Position numbers and translations under genes: made by a program
Notes under the pieces: generated by a model
Told to the model about the DNA's origin: nothing
The model's database searches: none
The model's input: the letters and a program-made list of their open reading frames with translations, nothing else
Part shown: in pieces, positions 21,847 to 32,469 of the stretch
Numbering within the stretch: position 1 is the stretch's first letter
Layout of the letters: every line of letters begins with the position of its first letter
DNA from: Candidatus Thorarchaeota archaeon
Lineage (GTDB): Archaea; Asgardarchaeota; Thorarchaeia; Thorarchaeales; Thorarchaeaceae
DNA length: 64,000 nucleotides
Assembly: GCA_963726195.1 (NCBI GenBank)
Contig: CAVSBO010000004.1
Span: forward strand, 128,001 to 192,000
Direction of reading: 5' to 3'

Positions 21847-23970
21847 ATGGACTCGTCCAGCATGGAGAAGCTCGTTAGAAGGAGCAGATTGCTCGATGCT
21901 GCGGGCAGGATTCTTCTTGATTCATTGAAGTGCGATACCTTGCGGGAAGTGGCATCATTGGGCCTTACTGCCATTGAGGATTTGGTCGGGAGCGAATTCG
22001 GATTCGTTGATGAGATAAACGCCCAAGGGACTCTCGATGCAATCGCTCTGGGTGGCATCGGCTGGGAAGCCTGTTCCCGAGAGCCGGAACGGGCAGGAAA
22101 GCAGCTGGCAGGTTTGCCAATAGGAGGCTACTGGAGCAAACCTGTTGTCACAGGAGAGCCGGTGCTGGTAAACAGCCCGAATTCATATCCGGAGGGACTC
22201 GGAATACCTGAAGGGCATCCTCCGATTGAGTGCTATCTCGGCGTGCCGATAAGATATGGAACAAGAATCGTCGGCCTTATAGGACTTGCCAACAAGCCAG
22301 GAGGATTCACACAGTCAGATGTTGAAGACGTGAACGAGTTATCCTTGTGGCTCGCAGACATCATCCTACGAAAGCATTTGGAGGATGGCAAAGAACAGGC
22401 CGTCCGGTACTATGAGGGCTTGTTTTCAAATGCCATAGTCGGCATCGCCCATTGCAGAGTCCTGACTGACGAGGCTGGCAATCCCGTTGACTATGAGTTC
22501 TTGGATGTAAACCACGCGTATGAAGTGCTCGGAGGGCTTGAGAAGGAGAAGATCATTGGGAAGAGGGTCACAGAGGTGCTTCCGGACATAGTGCACGATG
22601 ATTTCGACTGGATTGGCACTTACGGACGCGTCGCTCTCACTGGCGAACCAATGACGTTCGAGGCGCACTCTTCATCGTTGGACCAGTGGTATCTAGCAGC
22701 TGTATATAGCCCGAGGAAGTACGACTTCATTGCCTCTCTTGTGAACATCACTCGTGAACACCTTCTGCAGGCGGCACTGAGAGAAACTGAGACCTTGACC
22801 ACAGTTCTGTTTGAAAATGCACCAATTTCACTCTGGGAAGTGGATCTATCAAGCGTCAGGTCGAAGGTGGCCCAGGTGGAAAGCTCGTGTCAGGTGGACC
22901 TCGGGCGCTATTTGCAGGACCACCCCGGAGCCCTTGCCGGGCTCGTCTCTGACGCGTATGTGCGCAAGGTCAATGGGCGGACGCTGGAGCTTTTTGGCGC
23001 AGAAACCGAGCAGGATTTCCAGTTCCACCTGCCAGAAATCATCACTGACACGAATTTTTTCCTGACAATTGTTTCTGCTCTTGTCGGACCTGAGCGTGGA
23101 ATCACAACTCAAGGAGCCCTCAGGACTCTGCAGGGCAGGAACATCGAGGTCGGAGTCAAGGCAAAGGTTGTTCCGGGCTATGAAGCAACCTTAGGGAAAG
23201 TGATCATTTCTGTGACTGATGTGACAGCCCTGAGACAGGCCGACCAATGCGTGAAGGAGCGTACTGCGCAGCTGGAAAACGCCAACAACGAGATCGAGTC
23301 GTTCTCGTACTCTGTATCACACGATTTGAGGGCCCCGCTCCGAGCTATCGATGGTTTCAGCAGAGAGCTGCTCGAGGGCTATCGCGGTAGTCTGGACGAA
23401 AAGGGAGTCCACTACCTCGAGCGCGTAAGAGTGGCCGCTCAACGTATGGGCGTTATGATTGACGATCTCCTGAAGTTATCTCGGGTCACTCGGTCACAGA
23501 TGAACCGTGAGTGGGTGGACGTGACATCCATGGCCAATGAGATTGCCGAAGAACTTCGCCGCAGTGATGAGAACAGACATGTCGAGTTCGTCATAGCAAA
23601 TGACATTGTCGCAAACGCAGATAAGGAACTCCTCCGTGTTGTGTTGAACAACCTGATAGGAAATGCGTGGAAGTTCTCTGCGAAGTGTCCGCTTGCAAGA
23701 ATCGAAGTGGGAACGCTAAGAGAGGGTCCGAACACTGTGTATTTCGTGCGCGACAATGGTGTGGGCTTTGACATGCAATATGCAGACAAGCTGTTCATTG
23801 CGTTTCAGCGACTCCACACGCAGGAAGAGTTCGAGGGCACAGGGATTGGGCTGGCGACAGTGCGTCGCATCGTCAATCGGCACGGTGGGCGAGTCTGGGC
23901 TGAAAGCACTCCTGAGCAAGGAGCAACATTCTACTTCACAGTACTGACGGAGGAAGCCATGAATGTCTAG
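21847..23970 (+). CDS. GAF-PAS-PAS histidine kinase with a Cph1/bacteriophytochrome-type kinase module
   Basis: PEGHPP GAF motif, FSYSVSHDLRAPLRAI, NAWKF, DNGVGFD and FQRLH...EGTGIGL. Confidence 0.93.
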   Translation: MDSSSMEKLVRRSRLLDAAGRILLDSLKCDTLREVASLGLTAIEDLVGSEFGFVDEINAQGTLDAIALGGIGWEACSREPERAGKQLAGLPIGGYWSKPVVTGEPVLVNSPNSYPEGLGIPEGHPPIECYLGVPIRYGTRIVGLIGLANKPGGFTQSDVEDVNELSLWLADIILRKHLEDGKEQAVRYYEGLFSNAIVGIAHCRVLTDEAGNPVDYEFLDVNHAYEVLGGLEKEKIIGKRVTEVLPDIVHDDFDWIGTYGRVALTGEPMTFEAHSSSLDQWYLAAVYSPRKYDFIASLVNITREHLLQAALRETETLTTVLFENAPISLWEVDLSSVRSKVAQVESSCQVDLGRYLQDHPGALAGLVSDAYVRKVNGRTLELFGAETEQDFQFHLPEIITDTNFFLTIVSALVGPERGITTQGALRTLQGRNIEVGVKAKVVPGYEATLGKVIISVTDVTALRQADQCVKERTAQLENANNEIESFSYSVSHDLRAPLRAIDGFSRELLEGYRGSLDEKGVHYLERVRVAAQRMGVMIDDLLKLSRVTRSQMNREWVDVTSMANEIAEELRRSDENRHVEFVIANDIVANADKELLRVVLNNLIGNAWKFSAKCPLARIEVGTLREGPNTVYFVRDNGVGFDMQYADKLFIAFQRLHTQEEFEGTGIGLATVRRIVNRHGGRVWAESTPEQGATFYFTVLTEEAMNV

Positions 23971-24391
23971 TCGAAATGGGGACTTACTACTCGTTGAGGA
24001 TAATCCTGATGACGCGGAGCTCGCGATTGATGCCTTAGAGGGGGCGAAATTGCTAAACAGGATAGTGCGCGCTCACGACGGGGAAGAGGCTCTTCGATAT
24101 CTGTTTCAGGCGCCACTACACCCTCTTCCCGTTGTAGTGTTGCTGGACCTGAAAATGCCCAAAGTGAACGGTCTTGACGTACTGAAGCGTATCAGGTCTG
24201 AGAACAGGACAAGGACCCTGCCAGTTGTCATCGTGACCTCCTCCAAGGAGGATCGCGACATTCGTGCGTGTTATGACCTCGGAGTGAACAGCTACATTGT
24301 CAAGCCCGTGGACTTCGAACAGTTCGTATCATGTGTGAAGCAGCTCGGTCTATACTGGGTGGTCCTCAATACGGTACCGCCTGTCTCGTGA
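23963..24391 (+). CDS. Rcp1-type response regulator
   Basis: VEDNPDD, LLDLKMPKVNG, YDLGVNSYIVKP and LGLYW. Confidence 0.95.
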   Translation: MSSRNGDLLLVEDNPDDAELAIDALEGAKLLNRIVRAHDGEEALRYLFQAPLHPLPVVVLLDLKMPKVNGLDVLKRIRSENRTRTLPVVIVTSSKEDRDIRACYDLGVNSYIVKPVDFEQFVSCVKQLGLYWVVLNTVPPVS

Positions 24392-24403
24392 GGTGAGGTT
24401 CGG

Positions 24404-26312
24404 GTGCCAGTCCTTCGAGTACTCATAATAGAGGACTCAGAAGACGATGCAGACTTGATAGTTCTTGAATTAGAGGGAGCGGGGTGGCAGTTAGTCCACA
24501 AGCGCGTAGAAAGCAGTCAACAGATGTTGGCGAGCCTGAGAGAGAACGAATGGGATCTTGTGCTGTCTGACTATTCTATGCCCGGCTTCAGTGGGCTTCA
24601 AGCGCTTGACATCTGGAAGCAACAAGGCTCTGACGGGCCATTCATAATTGTTTCAGGGACGATTGGCGAGGAACAGGCCGTGGAGGCCGTGAAGTCTGGG
24701 GCGCACGACTACGTTCTGAAGAACAATCTCAGGAGGCTTGGTCCAGTTATTGACCGTGCTCTTCGGGATGTAGAAGGCAAGCGTCTGCGACTTGAGGCTG
24801 AGGGATCCTTACGCTCAACCATGGAACTGTTCAGAAAGACTCTCGATAGTCAGAGGGACGCAGTCTTCGTTCTAGACATCAACACTCCTCCAAGAATCCT
24901 AGAAGTCAATTCTCCCGCGACAGGGATTTTTGGCTACTCACGAGAGGAGCTCGTGGGGCAGTCCGTTAGCATTCTTCATGTTGACGAGGCAAGATACAGC
25001 AAGTTTCCGTTCGGTTGTCAGTCGCGATATGTGGGAACAAGGCTATTCTCAGCTTGAATTCAGTATGAAGAAGAAGGATCAAAGTTTCTTTCCGACCGAA
25101 CATGTGGTGACCCCAATTGTGGGCGAGGACGGGGTACAATCTGGATTTGTCAGTGTAGTACGCGATATAACTAGTCGAAAAGATTCTGAGAAGGCTTTGA
25201 GGGAGAGGGATGAGCTCTATCGTCTGACCATCGAGTCGACTGATGATGGCATAGCAGTTGTTGCCCTCGATGGTCACGTTCTTGAAGCGAACTCTCGTTT
25301 CATTCAAATGTGGGCGGTTCCGGAACCTGTACTCCAGAAAGGGGGCAATGAGCTGATCAGTCACATGACCAATAGGCTGGTGGCAGTCGAAGGTCTGACT
25401 TCCGAGGGATGGAGTCCCCTATTACCCGAGGATCTCGGCCCTTCACGTGATATCTTCCACCTGAAGGATGGTCGCATTCTTGAGGTCTATCAGGCACCTG
25501 TTGTGAGGGACGGAACAGCCATAGCGCAGCTCTGGATGTTTCACGATATCACCCAGTTGGAGAGAGCCCGACAATCTGCAGGGCTATACCTGGACCTCAT
25601 GTGTCATGACATCAGGAACAGACTCCAAGTGATTACCATGAATGTTGATCTCATGGGCATGCTCTTTGCGGGCTTGGATGTTTCCTCATATCTTTCTCAG
25701 ATACAGAGCGACGTTACCAGATGTGCAGAGTTGATCGGCAAGGCAAAACAAACTGAACGACTTGAGGAAGTTCCCCTACGATTGATATCGCTGTCCCAAG
25801 CTGTCAGAGAGAGCACAGCCTTGGTCCTTGGTCACTACAGTGATGTTGCAGTGGAGCTGTTTCTGGGGAACTCAGAAGCCTTCATTGAAGCTAACGAGTA
25901 CCTTACGGTGCTCTTGGCACAGCTTATGCAAAACGCTGTCATTCACAACCCGCGTGAGGCTAAGGCCATATGGATACGCCTTGACGAGCATCATGAAGAC
26001 TATGAGTTGTCAGTAGCTGATAACGGATCAGGAATCCCTGACAGTAGGAAGCAAAGCCTGTTTGATAGTAGCAGGAGGTATGGCGGTATCGGACTTCACC
26101 TGGCTCATCACATAATGGACAGATACGGAGGCAGAATTGCTGTCCGGGATCGTGTCGAAGGTGACCCGAGCCAAGGAGCGGATTTCTGGGTTTCCTTTCC
26201 AAAGCCCCATCGACATCAGGTCGACTTGGCCAACCGTATGCCCGGTGAGGGTATCGTGGATTCGTCCGGGACTGTTTCTAAGACTGGTGATTCACAGAGC
26301 ACAATAACATAG
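24404..26312 (+). CDS. Hybrid REC-PAS-PAS histidine kinase; frameshift near 25000
   Basis: IEDSEDD and SDYSMP receiver motifs, two PAS domains, LMCHDIRN, NAVIHN and DNGSG. Confidence 0.88.
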
Positions 26313-26639
26313 TTCCGATTGTAGGGGGGCTAGATTGCTCCCTCCTAACATGGACCTTCTCTCTGGCAGACAGTGAAAAGGCTCATACGCCGTGTGCTTA
26401 ATGAAACACTCGGCCTAGGATCGGCAGCAACCGCTTACTTACTTGAAACGGCCGTCCAGAACAACAGTATCTGTCGATTGAGACTGGTGACACACAATCG
26501 CACGCTTCGGATTCTGAGGGGTCATCTGGCATCACGTTTCGCCAAAGAGATAAGTCCAAAAGATGTGCAGTCTAGCCGGCTCTCGTTTGCATCCACAGGA
26601 CGGAGGTCACTAGGTACGACTGAGCGTGAGGCTGGGACT

Positions 26640-26728
26640 TGCGCCCCAAAATGCGCCTCAATGGCACGAAGGGGATCCAAGAAGGAGAAACAACCGTGAA
26701 GACAGAGTTGATGAGTGCGAACTACGCC
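26640..26728 (+). repeat. Right copy of the porD-end/porA-start duplication
   Basis: Encodes the remnant CAPKCASMARRGSKKEKQP*, resembling the PorD end CPSKCISMVRKGETKEEQQ*, followed by the intact porA start. Confidence 0.85.
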
Positions 26729-27874
26729 GCTGCACATGCGATAGTATCTGCGCGAGTAGAAGTAGTAGCAGCATACCCTATCACTCCCGCAACAACGGTC
26801 CCCGAGGAAGTCGCTCTCCTTAGTGAAGAGGGCCTGTACAAGGGCGAATTCATCCGCGTAGAGTCTGAACACTCTGCAATGTTTGCTTGCATTGGAGCCA
26901 GCTCCACAGGAGCTCGAGCCTTCACTGCGACGTCTTCTCAAGGCTTGCTGCTCATGCATGAGGCACTTCACTGGGCGGCAGCTGCAAGATTGCCAATCGT
27001 CCTAGCGAACGTCAATCGTTCTTTGTCACCGAGTTGGAACATACATGTGACCCATGACGATGCCTATTCACAGAGAGACACTGGTTGGATACAGTTTTAC
27101 ATATCCAGTGTCGATGAGTACTATCACACTATTATCCAAGCATTCAAACTTGCGGAAGACGAGAGAGTCCTGATGCCGGTGATGGTGAATGCCGATGGTT
27201 TTGTGCTGAGCCACACCGTATCCACGTTCGACTATCTTGAACCTGAGGAAGTTGACAAGTTTCTGCCTCCTTACAAGCCTCCCCACTGGGTCATGGACCC
27301 GAGCAACCCGGTGGCGCACGGCAACATAGTCTTTCCTGAATACTACCAAGAGTTCCGCTATGCGATGCATGAAGGCAGTCTGAATGCGTACAAGGTTTAC
27401 GCGGAGGTAGAGAAGGACTACAAGCGGCTGTTTGGCAAGTACTTCGGTGGTCCAATCGACTGCTACAAGTGCGAAGACGCGGATGTGTTGTTTGTCTCAC
27501 TTGGCACTATTGGTGCTGAAGCAAAGGATGCGATTGATCAGCTGAGAGACGAGGGTTACAGAGTTGGAAATGCACGGCTTAGGATGTTTCGCCCGTTCCC
27601 CGTAGCCAGAGCACGAGAGCTCGCAAAGAAAGCAAAGGCGTTTGCCTGTTTCGACAGAGGGCTGTCATACGGGTTTGGTGGTCCAGCAGCAGGCGACCTC
27701 CGCTCCTCCCTCTATGCCACCAAGTACCGTCCCATGATTAAGAGCTATATCGGAGGCTTCGGAGGTAGGGACGTTACAATCACTGATATCAAGGAGGTTA
27801 TCCTTGATACCTACAAGTCGTTGGAGTCTGGGAACCTAGGTCCTGAGGAGACCTGGCATGATTTGATGGAGTGA
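26696..27874 (+). CDS. porA: Pyruvate/2-oxoacid:ferredoxin oxidoreductase alpha subunit
   Basis: AYPITP, VESEHSA and TATSSQGL motifs. Confidence 0.95.
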   Translation: MKTELMSANYAAAHAIVSARVEVVAAYPITPATTVPEEVALLSEEGLYKGEFIRVESEHSAMFACIGASSTGARAFTATSSQGLLLMHEALHWAAAARLPIVLANVNRSLSPSWNIHVTHDDAYSQRDTGWIQFYISSVDEYYHTIIQAFKLAEDERVLMPVMVNADGFVLSHTVSTFDYLEPEEVDKFLPPYKPPHWVMDPSNPVAHGNIVFPEYYQEFRYAMHEGSLNAYKVYAEVEKDYKRLFGKYFGGPIDCYKCEDADVLFVSLGTIGAEAKDAIDQLRDEGYRVGNARLRMFRPFPVARARELAKKAKAFACFDRGLSYGFGGPAAGDLRSSLYATKYRPMIKSYIGGFGGRDVTITDIKEVILDTYKSLESGNLGPEETWHDLME

Positions 27875-27879
27875 GAATA

Positions 27880-28786
27880 ATGGTCACCGCGAAGGAAATG
27901 CCGCAACGGGAGTACGTGCTGAAGGGGAATGCTTCGTGTGCAGGATGCCAAGACATGGTAGCACTGAGAACACGCTCTCAAGGCCCTTGAGGGGGACGTC
28001 ATACAGGTTGTGCCTGCCTGTTGTACCAGTGTAGTACAGTCATTGTGGCCCAATGAGTGTTTGGATGTCCCGGTGCTGAACACCGCATTCATGGCCGCTG
28101 GAGCAACCGCCTCGGGCGTGAAGGCGGCTCTCAAAGTAAAGGGGCGTGACTCTACTCAGGTGATGGTGTGGGCAGGAGACGGTGGAACGTTCGACATTGG
28201 TATTCAGGCATTGAGTGGAGCATTCGAACGCAGGACAGACATACTCTATGTCTGTTACAACAACCAAGTCTATAGCAACACAGGTACGCAGCGCTCTGGA
28301 GCTACGCCACTGTACGCCCAGACCAGCACAACTTGGTACGGCAAGACTGAACCCGAAAAACTTCTCGACTTGATAATTGCAGCACACGAACCTGTGTATC
28401 AGGCGACTGCCGACACTGCATATCCACGCGACCTCTATGACAAGTTCAGAAAGGCCCGTGACATTCGAGGACCCAAGTTCATTCACATCTTTGTACCCTG
28501 CCCTCAAGCATGGAACTACCCCGTCGAAAAAGGTGCGGAGATAGGAAAGCTTGCAGTGGAAACCGGTTACTGGATACTCTGGGAGCGCGTGGGTGACAAG
28601 TTCGAACTTAGTCCAATCAGCAAGCGATACCAGGATCCTGCGAAGAGAAAGCCAATTGAGGAATTCCTCGAAATGCAGGGCCGGTTCTCAAGGCTGTTCA
28701 AGCCCACTCGTAACGAAGAGCGATTGGAGAAGTTTCGGGCTTTTGTCCAGCACAGATGGGACGTGACGCTGAAGACGCTTGCATGA
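27880..28786 (+). CDS. porB: Pyruvate/2-oxoacid:ferredoxin oxidoreductase beta subunit; frameshift near 27968
   Basis: Manual N-terminus MVTAKEMP..GNASCAGC, then GDGGTFDIG, YSNTGTQ and PCP. Confidence 0.93.
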
Positions 28787-28789
28787 GTA

Positions 28790-29416
28790 TCAGACACTGC
28801 CCGACTGCCGTGATTGTAGTATTAGATAGATAAGACCGGCCTCGTGTGCAGTAACTATGCGCTCTTCTCGGTCCATGCTTGGCTTCGATTCCGAGGGTAC
28901 AACGTATCGGCCCCTCATGCATTCTTCGGCGATGAGTCTAGAGACCCAAGACAAATCCAGTATGTATTGCCCGAAATCCAGATAGTCCAAGATCTTGAAG
29001 CACGTTTCAAAACTCAGTGCTTCGGCGAACCTCTCTCTGTCCTCCCCCAGTGTCTCCTTGTTCTTCTCTATGATTTGCACTATGGAGTCGAAGACCGGCT
29101 TTAGTTCGTCTGCAAGAGCCGTGTCAAAACCGGCCGCTCTCGCCCTGACCTTGAGCCTTCCTTCAAGAAGATTCAGACTCTCGACATATACCGTCTCTGG
29201 TGAGCGTGCCTGCTTGATAGTCGCCTTCGCCTTGTTTCTCACTGTGAGAAGCTCGGTCTGCAGTGCATCTCCTTTATCCTGTGATTTGGATACACGAGTA
29301 GAAATCTCACGCTTCTTGGTTGTCAGAGAATCTATGAAGCTCGCCAGATTGTCACTTGTTCCCTTTCCTCTTCTGCTCTTGAGCGTGTTTGAGTAGTGAG
29401 CGATTAATTCATCCAA
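28790..29416 (-). CDS. Hypothetical helical protein (possibly the frameshifted C-terminus of 29409-30326)
   Basis: 208 aa ORF overlapping the upstream ORF by 8 nt. Confidence 0.55.
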   Translation of the reverse strand: MDELIAHYSNTLKSRRGKGTSDNLASFIDSLTTKKREISTRVSKSQDKGDALQTELLTVRNKAKATIKQARSPETVYVESLNLLEGRLKVRARAAGFDTALADELKPVFDSIVQIIEKNKETLGEDRERFAEALSFETCFKILDYLDFGQYILDLSWVSRLIAEECMRGRYVVPSESKPSMDREERIVTAHEAGLIYLILQSRQSGSV

Positions 29417-30326
29417 GAAGATCGAGAACCGTTCTTTGGCCTACGGACGCCGTATCATCTGTCTCTTTTCCTGAGAAGAAAGTGCAGCATCTTGCATCGG
29501 CTGATGTGGTCTCTAACAGGTTGAGGGCGGCTGATACCCTGCTCAGTACTCTCTTGTCGCCTACCATGGGCCAATCGAATGGCCTGTTGTGGGCGTCGCC
29601 TGAGATCATCTGTCGCAGAAGTCTCATGACATGGAATATCACTACGTAAGCCGCAGTGGCTCGTGTTAGCTGCTCTTTGTCTTGTCTGACTAGGCATACA
29701 TGGTCGTATGGCAACGAGGTTGAATCTATCAATATCAAAGAGATTGCGGCAGGGATTAGTCTTGATACTTGGGGGTCTTCGGTATCATACCCGCTCAGAA
29801 CGTTCCTTATGTCGAAATCCTGATAGTTGAGGCCCCTTTCCTTCATCTCAGCTCTAACGGCTGTGACAAACAGGTCCCTTGATTCATTGGATTGGAGCAG
29901 ACTCCTCATCAGAAAATCAATGGATTCCTTCCTGAGCTCATCAGCGCCTGCAGCGGAGCCAATCGTGTTTCGAGGGATTGCCGACAGCCAGATAATGGAC
30001 ACTGCGGCCTTCCTAGACTTTTCGTCCAGAGCTACTTGCGTGTCTGGCCAGTCTCTCGTCGAGGGTTTGAACCCAATCAGTTCGGGAATCTTCATGATCG
30101 ATTCTACGTGAGATTTCTCCGGGATTGCAGTTGACAAGAGGAATCTCTTGCTCTCGCGGAAGGCACGTTCCTCGTCGGGAAGCCGTTCTTGTGTCGTTGT
30201 CTTATGCCAAGATGTTTGCCATCGGGGTATCTCTTCTCTTGCTACTTCATCGATGATCTTTAGCGTCTGTGTGCGTCGTAGGTTGTCGACCAGAGTCTTT
30301 GCCACACATGTGAGATCTCCGCTCAA
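29409..30326 (-). CDS. Hypothetical protein
   Basis: 305 aa ORF with no recognised motif. Confidence 0.6.
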   Translation of the reverse strand: MSGDLTCVAKTLVDNLRRTQTLKIIDEVAREEIPRWQTSWHKTTTQERLPDEERAFRESKRFLLSTAIPEKSHVESIMKIPELIGFKPSTRDWPDTQVALDEKSRKAAVSIIWLSAIPRNTIGSAAGADELRKESIDFLMRSLLQSNESRDLFVTAVRAEMKERGLNYQDFDIRNVLSGYDTEDPQVSRLIPAAISLILIDSTSLPYDHVCLVRQDKEQLTRATAAYVVIFHVMRLLRQMISGDAHNRPFDWPMVGDKRVLSRVSAALNLLETTSADARCCTFFSGKETDDTASVGQRTVLDLLG

Positions 30327-30337
30327 TTGCAGGCCCC

Positions 30338-31541
30338 CTAGTAGATGAGCCCGATGATCTTGTTTCTAGAAGATTCATGGCCGAGTTCGGACAACATGAA
30401 CTCGCTGATTTCTATAATCGCTTCTTCTATGCTAACTTCCCTGTTGACTATTCCAAGACTGGAGAAGGTAAGTTCGGATAGACTCGGTGCTCACATCGAT
30501 ATCCTCGGGGCATTCGAGTCCCGTTTCCGAGTTCAGCTGAAGTATGTTGTCCAGCGTTCTATACTTGGCTTCTATTACTTTGCCGCTTGGGTATTTTCTG
30601 TTCCGTATGTATATCCTGTGCCTAGGCGTGACACCCTCCAGTTCTATGTCACCGATTAATGCTTCAAGACGAATAGGGAATGACTGTTCGAAAAAGGTAG
30701 GCCTGTCTCAGTTCCTCCAGTGGCATTGTCCTGCTGAGGCGGAGTGCAGCATCGATTTCAGCAGCACGCGACAGACTTCGTTGTTGGGTTTGTCGCGACA
30801 TGCTTCCCCATGTGGAGCCTGTTTGCTGGCTTACGATACCTGTGTCGGGCCTCTCTGGCAATGTTGCAGCGGCTGAGGATCGAGAGGGGTTCCTTCTGGT
30901 TCCACTGGTGAGGCCTTCATTGGCATGGAATGTACGCACGCCTTCAGGTCGGAAACTAGTCAAACTCGTCCCAAACATCTCGTTCTGACTGACCTCTATT
31001 AACACGGCATCCACGGAAGTGCGCTCATTCGAGATATAGAACAAGCCAGGCAGGAAAGGCGTAGAGGTTCATCGGCTCTATCTCGAGTTTCATGGATTGA
31101 TCTGGTCTCAGTTGATCGGGACCAGCTAGTTCCGGTCCTAGTTCCCGTTGTGACCCTGATGATTGAATCTGTTGACATTCTGAATCTTCAATGAGAGCCG
31201 GGCCAGGCATGACTTCTGTTTCGGATTCCGCGTCAGGAGCTGGTTGGTTCAAGTTCTATTATGCAGCCGGTATCTTCGGGTGAAAGCCATGGTCCGCCTT
31301 GGAGCCTGTGATATTCTCCGGATGACAGTGGCATCGAGAAGCCGACCCCCCTGAAATACGTCATGTCAGAGATACCAATGAGCCACTCGTCCTCAGGAAG
31401 GACGCTGTCTTGTATCTCCACAAGCTGAAGGGATTGCTTTTCTGATACGTACACTGCGACGACACGGTCTCCGGTTGAGTTCCCCCAACTTTCTCTACAG
31501 CGGGCTGATATATCCGAATCTGTGATGTGTTCTGGCGTCAC
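30338..31541 (-). CDS. Hypothetical protein broken by several frameshifts
   Basis: Overlapping minus-strand ORF fragments; manual frame switching continues the reading to a TAG near 30338. Confidence 0.4.
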
Positions 31542-31581
31542 ATCGGAAGATTTATCTGCAAGATTCACAATCGTTAACAAC

Positions 31582-32364
31582 ATGTCATCAAAACTAAACC
31601 CGCATTTCTTGCAGATCGCAAATGCGGTATCGATACTGGCGGCACTTGCAGTCAATCTGCTGGCAAACATTATTCCTCTGAATAATGTCTACACTGGTGC
31701 AGTTTCGGACCACTATCCGAACTTGTTCACACCGCCAGGCTACGTGTTCGCTATCTGGGGGGCAATATACATCCTTCTGGGCGTATTTCTGGTCTACCAA
31801 GTCAGAGGCAATCAGCGTGACGCTCCTTACTTGAAGGAGATAGGACTTTGGTACGTCTTGGGCTCACTTGCCAACATAACTTGGCTGTTCCTGTTCCATT
31901 ACTCCTACACTAATCCAGCCCTTCTTGTGGTATCCATGGTCCCAATAGTCGTTCTGCTGTTTTCACTCCTCATGGTCCACGTGCGCTTGGGAATCGGAAA
32001 GAAGGCTGTCGCAATGAAGGAGCGACTTGCTGTTCATCTTCCTGTGAGCGTCTACTTGGGTTGGATATCGCTGGCGACCATTGCAAACACCGCATCAGTG
32101 CTTAATCTGCTGATTCCTGGAATACCTATCGACCTCCAAGTGTTCTGGACATCTGCAGTCATAGTCGTAGCTCTGTTGATCACATTGCTCATGATTGTGA
32201 TGAGAAACGAGATTGCCTTCCCTCTGGTAGTCATATGGGCTTCAGTGGGTATTGCCATCAAGCAGATGATGTATCCGACAATCTTCGTGACTGCATTGTC
32301 AGCAGCCGCAATAGTTGCTATTGCCACAGTTCTTTTCGCCCTTCTCCGCAGGCGCAAGAAGTAG
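31582..32364 (+). CDS. TspO/MBR-like multi-pass membrane protein
   Basis: FTPPGYVFAIWGxIY, NxxWLxxF and SVYLGWISxATIAN. Confidence 0.8.
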   Translation: MSSKLNPHFLQIANAVSILAALAVNLLANIIPLNNVYTGAVSDHYPNLFTPPGYVFAIWGAIYILLGVFLVYQVRGNQRDAPYLKEIGLWYVLGSLANITWLFLFHYSYTNPALLVVSMVPIVVLLFSLLMVHVRLGIGKKAVAMKERLAVHLPVSVYLGWISLATIANTASVLNLLIPGIPIDLQVFWTSAVIVVALLITLLMIVMRNEIAFPLVVIWASVGIAIKQMMYPTIFVTALSAAAIVAIATVLFALLRRRKK

Positions 32365-32469
32365 AAACTCTTCTACGGCTTGCTCCTGTTTGGGAGTCCT
32401 CTAGGCGCAAAAGCCTCACACTGGCAGCTTTGGAAGGTGCAATGCCTGCCAAGCTGCCAGCGGAGGCCA

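Noticed and set aside
21847-23970. True bacteriophytochrome
   Set aside because: Only the kinase module is Cph1-like; no PAS-GAF-PHY photosensory core or DIP motif is seen
26373-26699. 108 aa ORF upstream of porA as a real gene
   Set aside because: Only the last ~20 codons resemble anything (the porD remnant); the rest looks non-coding
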